Origin: Camelus ferus
Taxonomy: Eukaryota
Direction: 5' to 3'
NCBI RefSeq assembly: GCF_009834535.1
Contig: NC_045697.1
Coordinates: forward strand, 74,526,001-74,590,000
DNA: 64,000 nt
Shown one piece after another: positions 53,914-64,000 of the stretch. A program made the translations under genes and the position numbers. The number at the start of each line of letters is the position of its first letter. Positions within the stretch are counted from its first letter, which is position 1. The notes beneath the pieces are model-generated. The model saw nothing but the letters and a program-made list of their open reading frames with translations, searched no databases and was not told the DNA's origin.

Positions 53914-54887
53914 TTAAAAAAATATAAAGCCAATGCTACCACCATTAGCCCTGTACTTCTTAGACAAGGATAATTGGATGCTTAAAACAGTCTATGACCA
54001 AAAGTCTTAAAGTTTTCATTTGACTACATTTCCAGTGATCTCCTTTCTGGATTACTCGGGTTATACAGACAAAAAAGAATGCACATATTACAGGGGGATA
54101 GTTCATCTCCACTGCTTATTTCCTTGAGGAGGAAATTTTTCTAAGCATATTCCTATCCTTTCTTTTTGTCCCTCTCTTCACTCTGACCTGGGAAGTGTAG
54201 TAATTTATTTAACTGGTAAATTTGGGAAGGCTCAGTTCTGCCCTTCTTCCTCTTGGGAATAAGCCACTTGCAAAGAGCAAACTATTTCTGTTGCTTTTCC
54301 AGGATCAGATTCTTCCCTCCTTTTAGAAAAAGGGCCTGTTTTGGTTCAACACTTCCTGATATCTAGACATATATCTATCCACCTATATAAGCTATACTTG
54401 CATGCAATAACTTGGACATATTCAAAGTGCACATTTTGATAAGTTTGACTGGGGGATTTGTAAGCAAATCCACTTGGCTCTCATACTCCATACTCTCTAA
54501 CTTGCATATATGAAAAATAAAGGTGATATTTTTGACTTCCAAAAGCTCCTCTTTGTTTCATTTTTCAAAATTTTTTTAGAACAGTCAGAAGAATGAAGCC
54601 ATTTTATTGTTTCATATCCTTCTCATATCTGAAAGTTGATATCCTTCCTGAATTCTCTGTCATCAAAAAGCTTTGAGCCTATGGTAAACAAAACTCCCGA
54701 ATCCAACAAATTCCATCATGACCAAATTTCAGAGACTCCAATCAAGCCCCAGTGCTTTTCTCCAATGGAAGGAACTGAAGCTACTTCTTTGCAATTTCAG
54801 AAAGCAGTTAAAAAAAAAAAATCCAAAACCAAACCAAAACATCTCAGGCTATCATTTGGAGTTTTCCAAGCTTAGTATTGATCCCTA

Positions 54888-55304
<417 letters not shown>

Positions 55305-55336
55305 TCACAGAGGTAATTGATTCTCAGAAGATAGTA

Positions 55337-55758
55337 CCGATAAAATCGAACACAAATGGAGACGAGACTTGAAAATTCTATGAGCAGACAAAACCAGTTT
55401 AGTCACACAAGCAGAGCTTAATTTAGCTTATTTTGCTAGACAAGTGGGGCCAACTTGACCTGGGCCACTTCTTGTTTATGCCTCTGAAAATCATAAGTGA
55501 AACTTAAATTGTTTCCCCCAAATTGATAGAGATAATCATTAACTAATTCCCCTTCATTTAAGAAAATTCTAATATTGTAACCAATCACTGAAACTAGTCA
55601 AGCTGCTTTATAACAATATACCTCTGAGCCTCATCTCAGGTTTTGGTTTGAGTGCTCCTGGTCTGCAAACTGTCTTTTTGTGGCTGCACAATAAACATTT
55701 ACTAATTACTGCTTCAGTTATTCATCAGTTTTACTTCTTTTTCCCTGAACTTTCAATA
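55337..55758 (+). mobile_element. Old ERV1 LTR (MER110-like)
   Basis: gtaccgataaaatcgaacacaaatggagac..gagcagacaaaaccag, gtaaccaatcactg, cacaataaac. Family name from memory. Confidence 0.65.
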
Positions 55759-56479
55759 GTTCTAAACATCTTCCATGCTAATGTGAGTATTTTATCTAAA
55801 GAAAGTAAGGCACCTCTGTGAGAAAAAAAATTAAACGTGAAAGTAGAATGAAAAAAGAGAAAGGACGAATACTAGCCAAAGATGTAAAGACTTTCCTGAT
55901 TAAATGAAGGACTGTGAAAGTGATCAGGATACAGCAAATCAATGGCAATCGCATGGGTTGCACACTATTTATGGCTTTCAGTTCATTACTACTATTATGA
56001 TTATTTTAAAGCTCTGAAACTAATATAGCCAAGTGGGTGTTCTCAGATCTAACCTGATACTGCAAAAAGTTATCTATTTTGGGCAAGCAATTGTTAAATG
56101 GGACTCAATTTAGAATTGTTAGAGGTCATTAGCACTGGTCGGAAACACTTCTGATGGCTATTTGGCTATTTCTCAAGTAAACTTAGCTATTTCCACTCTT
56201 TCCAATTTATGTTCTGTAAAGGGGGTGATGTTTTATTATATTTGCACTTTAGAAGGGTTTTGCTGATTTCACTGCTACTTGGAGTTTTGGAATTAAAAGC
56301 ATGTATCAGCTTAAAATATTTAGAAATATCAAAAGATCTGAAGAAATACATACCTCTAAAAGTAATTAAAAAGTACAATTTTAAAAAGTGCAATTAAAAA
56401 GATGATTCTTCCTGAGTCTGTAGAGAAAGATATTCTTAAATATTATTATTAATCAAATAACCCTTCAAGTAAGCATAAA

Positions 56480-56940
56480 ATAACAACTGTGAAAACTGCT
56501 CTGAAAGAGATGTATGTAATGCTTGGATAGGATATATCAATTTGGGGAGGGCAGGGAAGGTTTTCTCTGAGGAAATAAGTAGTAGCCAAGTTAAAATTTG
56601 AATAATAAAAATTAATTAGGCAATGGGATGAAATGGAAGTGGTGTAGGGTGGTGGAAGGGATAAACATTTTAGGCAGAAATGTTAGGCTTATATTGGGAA
56701 GGCATGTGGCCATTAAGGATAAAAGAAGAAAGCCAGTACCAGTGAAATAGAGACAGTAAAGAGAGCATGAGGTGAGACGAACCTGGAAAGGGATGCAGAA
56801 CCCAGATTACACAGGGCCTTGTAGACCATGTTGATAATACTGGTCTCTATCCTAGAGCAGTGACAATCAGAAAGTACTTTAAGCAGAGAAGTAACAGATC
56901 ACATTTGCACTTTGACAACAATGTGGAGAAAAGCTAGAAC
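56480..56940 (-). mobile_element. L2 LINE fragment
   Basis: cagggaaggttttctctgagga, ccagattacacagggccttgtagaccatg, tttaagcag. Confidence 0.7.
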
Positions 56941-59900
56941 GGGAGTGATTGAGAAGATTAGTTTGTAAGAGGTCTAAGGCAATATCTCCTCTCCTCCTTA
57001 ATAATCACTGATGATGGCGACGAAAAGATGTTTCAGTGTTCAAAGGAAGAGTTCCCCCCAAGCTTCCACTTCATATATGTTCTTTAAAAAATGGAAAATC
57101 CATAGAATTTTAAAAGGTTATGCCACAACCAATTAATATTCTCCCCCAAAACTCATCAGTTATTGCTATAGAAGGGGGAAATCATACTTAGTTATTGACA
57201 TGACAGTTTCTCAATTGCCCCAGTCTGTAGGTTCCTCTTTAGAATACTACTTTTCTCTTTCTGTTTCTGTCTGGTTTTTTTCTTATTAATGGAGAGAGGA
57301 GAATTTTAAGATTCCTACTCTCAGGAATGAAGGTGGAGGTTGAACACATACATTTCTAGTCAGCTTTTGTTTCATCATTTTTTCTTTAAATAAAAGCATT
57401 TGGCATTAATAATGAGGGAAAGACATATAAAAAGTTCCGAAAAAATGAAAAGAGAGGTAAAATAAATATTATTATCCCAGTGTACATTGTTTAGTTAGAA
57501 TCTTCTTAAGTGAACAGAGAATTAATGATCATGGGCAGATCACCCTTGGATTTCATTAGCACTAGTTTTTCAAACCTTTACAATTATTCGATATTCAAAA
57601 CTGCAGTTTTTCTGAACAGTAATGACTTTGTCCTCAGCATATAATTACTCTGAAAATAGCACTTTTCAATAAGGACATGACTTAAAATAAAAAATGTTTG
57701 ATACCACAAATTATGAATTTAACAACTATTTGCAGCAAATGTATCTACATCCGCCAGTCAGAATCAGTTGCCAGAGAGAGCAACTGATTCTGTGTTTATC
57801 AAACAGCCTGTATCAAATGTGAATATTTTTTCTTTACAGTGCTCTTACAGTAGGAAAACCAATACAATTTTATCATAGTCAAATGCTGTAGCAGACATGT
57901 TTTCAAACAAACTTTCTCGTTTAAAAGGACCTCGGCTACTCCCCCTGATGAAAGGATGAGCCTAGGCTGTCATGTTTGTACCAGGTGATCCTGCCATAAT
58001 CAGGGTAGCAGGAAGAGGGAGGGTGAAGGTGGATACCTGACATAGACTGAGCCAATTAGATTCCTGGAAAACCCATAAAAGCACTCATCCAAGAACGTTC
58101 TTATCATAAAACTTCTAGTGCAAATAAGACTGGGTAAGAGCCAATGCTGGTAGACAAGGTGGTCAAACCTCTAAATAGCTATCCTTGACTGAGTTACTGG
58201 CAAATAGCAGAAGAGAATGAGACTGGTTTAGTTACATATTAATATATTTACAATGAACATTCTCTTTTTAATTAAGTTTGACAATGAAGACAATTTGGGT
58301 TATTTAAGGATCCTCTTTCCTTGGCAATTATCTACATTTCATTGCCTACATTAGAAATTCTTAGGTGACACAAACATATGATGAAGTAGAACTTCTTGAG
58401 GCAATTTCTAAACATTTGAGATGCTGTCAGATTATATTATAAAGGTCAGTAGTTGAATACTTTTTTCACCTTCTGAGCCCTTCATAATCATAATAAAATA
58501 TGAGGTATTTGAAAAATGAGCAAAGAACAGATTCCTGTATATTTTGTGTTAATTGGACAGAAAGACGATTTCTGACATATATAATGTATAGTGTTTCTGG
58601 TTCTCAGAGTCGACTCTGATTAGTCTTGGGCAAAATGTGGCAAGGAGAGCAAAATGATAGAGAATACACTGAATATGCACTTTCTACATGCTCTAAGGAC
58701 TTAAGTTTTATTTCATTGTACTGTAGTGGAACACAAGTATGCATAAGCCTTCAATGTTAAGGAAGTATCAGAGATAAACATGCAACAATATATATTTTAG
58801 GATTATGACTGTTACTTCACTGCTTTTCTCATATTCTAGACAAAAATTTGGATTCTCTGCATTTGCCTTTTGCATTTAGAAAAGTCACTGCTTGTCAGCA
58901 TAAACACAGGTATGGGGTAAACAACACCCAAACTTAAAGAAGTTCTATGGTGAGTGTACAGTACAGTCACTAAGCTATTCACAAACTGTGAACGTAAAAA
59001 GCTTCAGCTTCAAAGTACACAGTTTAGAGATTATTAAGGCAATAGAAGCCCAAGTATTTATGTGGTAACTAGCCCCAATCATATACACATATTTAACTTT
59101 TCAGTATTTACAAGACATTTTTGCTATTAGGATTTTTGAAGATATATTTGAAGGAATTAAAGGATCCAACACATGATTAAAGAAATCAGCAGTATTTACA
59201 ATGAAATCTCTTCTATGGAATAATAATAATAGTAGCTACAAAAGCATCCACTTATTATAGCAGTCACCTGGTCAGGTGTTTGAATAGCACTGTTTACTAC
59301 CCTGATTGCACTCTATGATATATTCTAGTAAATGTGATTTTTCTTTGGCAACTAGTGACCTTACTCTGTCTTGCAATAAGCTATTCCCCTAAACCAAAAC
59401 ATACCACTTATCTCAACATTCCATTTGGCAGATATCGTCAAAAAGTATTTAAATGTGTTTTTATAACAAAAATGAACTTTCACACTAAACAAAAACTGGT
59501 AGCCCAATGTACAAATAGTTCAGGAAGAACCTTAAAGTTTTTGTGTCAAAAGAGTTGGATTATTTGAACAGTATTAACAGGTAAGGATGATGTGCATTAT
59601 CTTGTAGGTTTCTAAGATAAGAAGACTTTCCTGTATTCACAAGTCACTCTATATAACAATACTACAAGGAGATGCATCATACTTTAATCAAGCAGATAGA
59701 AAAAAATCAGTTATAAGAATAATATAGGTACACCACGTAGGTAAATTACATAGGTAAACATTCATATTCCAGAAAGATTCTTCACTTTACAAAAAGATTT
59801 AAAAATTCCTTTAAAATATTTGATGGCTCAAAATTCAACACAGAAATAATCTCATGCCTTCTAAATCCTAAAAGAGCACAGGATTTCTGTTGAGTACTGT

Positions 59901-61169
59901 TCTGAAAGCAAAAAAACACATTTTTCACCTATGTGAAGATGTAGGAAATGTATTAGCCAAAATTTCCTGATTTAAATGACCCATAAAAGCAAAATAGAGG
60001 CTAAAAATGATATAGGGAGAAAATAGACAATTTGAAAAATATTATAAACAACACTTCAAAAATAACTTACTTTCTTTAAGGAAGAAGAAGGTGTTACAGA
60101 GTTTCCTTTTTTTCCCCCTCTACTGTATAGGACTACAATTTGTTTGCATAGGAGAAATAAAATTATTTTAAAAATATATTAGCATTAAATATTTATTCAT
60201 TTATTAAACAGAAAGGAAAAGTCACATGAGTCCCAGGGTTTAATTGCAAATATTCACCTTGATCAAAATTTAAGAGTTAGTCTACAAAAATGATTTCTTC
60301 AAAAATATTATGAGGATTTCAAGTAGGTTTAACTTGTTAAGTTTTAAAATATCAACATCCTAGTGATAGTTTTAGGAAAATTTTATAAAAATATTTTGAA
60401 TGGATTAAATCTTATAAATTAAGTCATCACTGTAGGAAAGAACCTTTCTAAAATGCTTCCTCTCTCAAAGCATTCCAACTTTGCTTTCCAAAATTTAAAT
60501 AGTTCATTTTTCCTTGAATCTGCGGCTGTGTCTGTATAAAGGCAATTATTAGATTTATTTAGTTAGTAATATACAGAGGGGCTGAAAGTAATTGAGTTTG
60601 TATGTAAGATTTGAAGGAATGTGCACAGTGTCTGAACACATAGTTTGGAATCAACACATGTCTCATGCAGTCATTAATTTATACTAACTCATCTGTCTCA
60701 GTCTTCTCTCTGCTTGCTTAACAGCTCTATGAAAAGACCATCAGCCACCAGCATAAAGCTTGGAGCATAAAGCTTAGGAACATGAGGTCGGCTCTACCAA
60801 CTGCCAGTTATATGGCCTTGGGCAAGATACTTAGCCTTTTTAAGCCTCAGTTTTTTCACCAGTAAAATACAGATATTGATAGAGATGATTTCTATATCTT
60901 AGGGCTAGCACCATGCTTGGCACACTGTCAGAGCTTAATGATAGCTATTATTAGAAATCAATTCACTTAAATCTATTCATTCTAAGTGCCTCTTGTTTTA
61001 AAATAACAGGTAAGGCATAATATTGCCAACAGGTACGTGTGCATCTTTAACAGGACAGTGAAAAATCTTAAACCAACATCTAATAGTGGACTTTTAGGAA
61101 TTAGTGAATATAGGTATTCAAGTAATTAAGGGCATATTAGTAACTCTACAGTCACACTATAGATCTCTG

Positions 61170-61575
61170 ACTGTCCCATACCTTTTTCTTGGCTTCACTG
61201 ACTTTACCTCCTCTGACTTTATCTCTTACTGTACTGGTCTCCTTGTTGGTCCAAAATGGCCAAGCATGTTCACATATCAGGGTCTTTGCCCTCACTCTTA
61301 CTCCTGCCTAGAATATTTCTCCCCATGTCACTTAAAGCCTGCCTCTTTACATCATTCAGCTCTGCTGAAATACCACCTTTTCTCAGAGGCTTTTCTTGCA
61401 TACTTTGTCAAACTCTACCACTCTATTTCTTTCCTTGCTTTATTTTTAGGTATAGCACTTCCTGCTGTTTAAGATCATATGGTAGATATATTTATCTCTC
61501 TCAAAATCTAATACACTAATTACTGACTAGCACATACAATAGACAGCCAGTAAATATTTGTTGAATAAGTGGATG
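61170..61575 (+). mobile_element. L2 LINE 3' fragment
   Basis: tcagggtctttgc..tgcctagaat, caccttttctcagagg, cagtaaatatttgttgaataa. Confidence 0.75.
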
Positions 61576-64000
61576 TGAGATGAATGCCTCTAAGTCTAAA
61601 TTCTGAATGTGCTGACTTCTTTTGAGTATAGTCTTGCTTCTGGATTTAAAGGAAGAAAGGCCTCAGAAATCACTGGATCACTTACAGAGTGCAAAAGGAC
61701 TTATATATTACTGTCTCCTTATAACTTTGAAGGGTATAGGTGGGAGAGTGTGGGACATTGTGTCTGCCATCTGCTTTTTTCCTAAATAAATATTTTCTGG
61801 ATACTATCTAGATGCCAAACCTGGTGCTGGGACTACAAAAATTTAAAGGATATGAGTCCTATCTCTACCTTGCTTCTCTTACCCCGAGATTGCTTCCTTT
61901 TGGTGTGGTTTTTGTTTGTATCACTCATTTGGTATTTAATGCATATTGTTTTTATTGTTTATTTTCCACATAAAATATTTTAATGATTTATATTCTTCAT
62001 ACTGAAGCACCTAGTGAGTAAGAACTATATTTTATACCATCTTCTAAAAAATTTATCCACAGCACTAAAGAGAGTAATATTTATTGGTTGGTATTAATAC
62101 TAATGACATCTAAAAAACCAAGCATCACATTCTAACATATTAATTTTAAGCACTCAATTTATGAATCTCCTCATTACTATGCATATGCTTTTATTTTGCC
62201 TTTAATTCTTTGAAAATAGTATTTAAGATTAATAGAGTTAGAAAGAAATGTCCCTTATTTCCTCAAAATGTAATCAAATGGGTATCCATAATAAGAGATT
62301 ACAAATGGTCCATGAATTTTCCAGTCTTGGAAGGCCACAGGTAGGTAGTTTAGACACCTTGATCAAAGGAGATTTTAGAACCCACAGTCTCCATTCTTCA
62401 CTGTGTTCTTGATACTAGAAAAGACCTAATGATAACCAATGACTCTTGTAAGTCATTTAGTTTGTGATTTCTCTCAATGTACTATGATTGACATACAGGT
62501 GCCAATACTTGTTATTTAGATGTGGGAGAGAGGAAGATATGTGGTAACATAAGAGGATGCTGGACGGAAAAAGGAATGTTGTGAGGTTAAACGGTACAAA
62601 TTTAAGAAATCTTGGTTTTAAAGCAGACTTTCAAAAGGAAATTTAGAAAATTTCACAAGTTGGGTCCTCTGGGAAGGTCATAAAAGGTGGGTGACTTTAT
62701 TTTCTGTTCTTTATGCCCTTGGATCCACCCCCACTATAAGGCGACACAGAAATACTGATTCTCTTCATTTAGCTTATAATTAGTAAAACAACCAAGTCAG
62801 GTCTCTGCCTAGTTCCAACTTTGAACCAAGTATTGCAGGATGACATAGAGGCACTCCTACATTGGGCTACTCATCCATACTCACTAAAGAACAATGGTCA
62901 AGTGAGTTGCTTTGCTTTCTGCTGTTGTTTTTATTTATCCTGCAGAAAATAAAAGCAAAAAAAAAAAAAGTCTGACTATAAGTTTTGGAAAACTTAGATT
63001 GAATGTCACTTCCATACTGTGTGTATTTTTAAATTTCAAATAGTTAATTAAATAATTTGAAAGGAATTATCAGCAGAGTGGTATGTACATAAATTGTTTT
63101 AATTAATTTAGTAATAGTCCATCACATTAAAATAGAGTAACATAATGTTATGCTTTTTGGATGGTTTTCTGAGAGACTACAAATAAAGGCTCAACCAAAA
63201 GCAACATAAAAAGCTGAAAAATTAAAAGTATTTTAAACCCTTAAAGGAATAGATAAGAACTTCTGTATCAGGGGTCCCTGACCAATCAACTGGAATTGAA
63301 TGCTTCTTTTGCGGGTCCACTCACCTACTCTGCTAAGGAATTTCTGGTATCCCTGAAGCCCTAACACCAGGACCATGAACATTTATACTCTCTTCAAACT
63401 CAGGGGCCTCACAGTTTAGGGAAATTAGAAACTTTTCACAAAAAGATGGGGATGTATCATTTAAAATAGTAGGCTCCCAAACTGTTTTCAGTAATCTCAG
63501 ATTCTAGGGATTACTTGAGGAGCTCTGTAAATGTATGGTTTTAATTTCATTTTAAAATTTCATTTCAAAAATTATGATTGAAAATATGCACATGAAAATT
63601 TACATGCCAATTTTAGTATATAAGAAACCACCAGTCTGCTTCCCTCATCCACTTATAACCCTCATTTATAGTTAGTAAATGCTATAAATATTAACTTATG
63701 AAAAAATTAATTGTGAAAAAATTCATTTATATTTTATATGTTGAGTTTCTAGAAAGATTTTATTTTAAAAGGGAGTTACCTTGTTCAAAAAAATTTGAAA
63801 ACCATTTATTTAGATTCTAGAGTATAGAGAATCAAGGTCTGCTTTACAAGAATCTAACAGATGATGAAAATATAGGGGGAAAGGCTGAACTATCGCTATT
63901 TTGTAACTTTTCATACTTTAACGCCAGGAAAAAACACCAGAAGTTGTGGTACACTTAATAGTAAAATGTCAGTGAAAAATACTTTAACATGCTCTCTATA

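Noticed and set aside
60750..60778. Short tandem duplication agcataaagctt x2 (similar ones near 24700 and 44635)
   Set aside because: Ordinary slippage duplications with only two units; not an array.

Overview
Mammalian, AT-rich, repeat-dense genomic DNA. It is probably cetartiodactyl and most likely camelid: the young L1 3' ends are of cetartiodactyl type, and I recognised no Alu, B1/B2, Bov-A/BovB, CHR or PRE-1 SINEs. The right half holds the last two coding exons of TBCK on the minus strand (55083-55242 and 31606-31716, rhodanese-like C-terminal domain and stop). They are separated by a 23.4 kb intron, and the preceding intron runs off the right end. The left ~31 kb lies downstream of TBCK and has no intact gene that I can support. 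It does hide a heavily decayed, intronless ATMIN (ASCIZ) retrocopy on the minus strand (~7730-9082), which the ORF track splits into four unrelated-looking ORFs. The retrocopy carries an in-frame internal deletion of about 1 kb. The rest is L1, L2, MIR, MaLR/ERVL, solo ERV1 LTRs (two with perfect 4-bp TSDs), MER DNA transposons and microsatellites, including several rearranged L1 copies. I found no evidence for a novel multi-gene system. Gene and repeat family names come from recalled reference sequences, not from a search.
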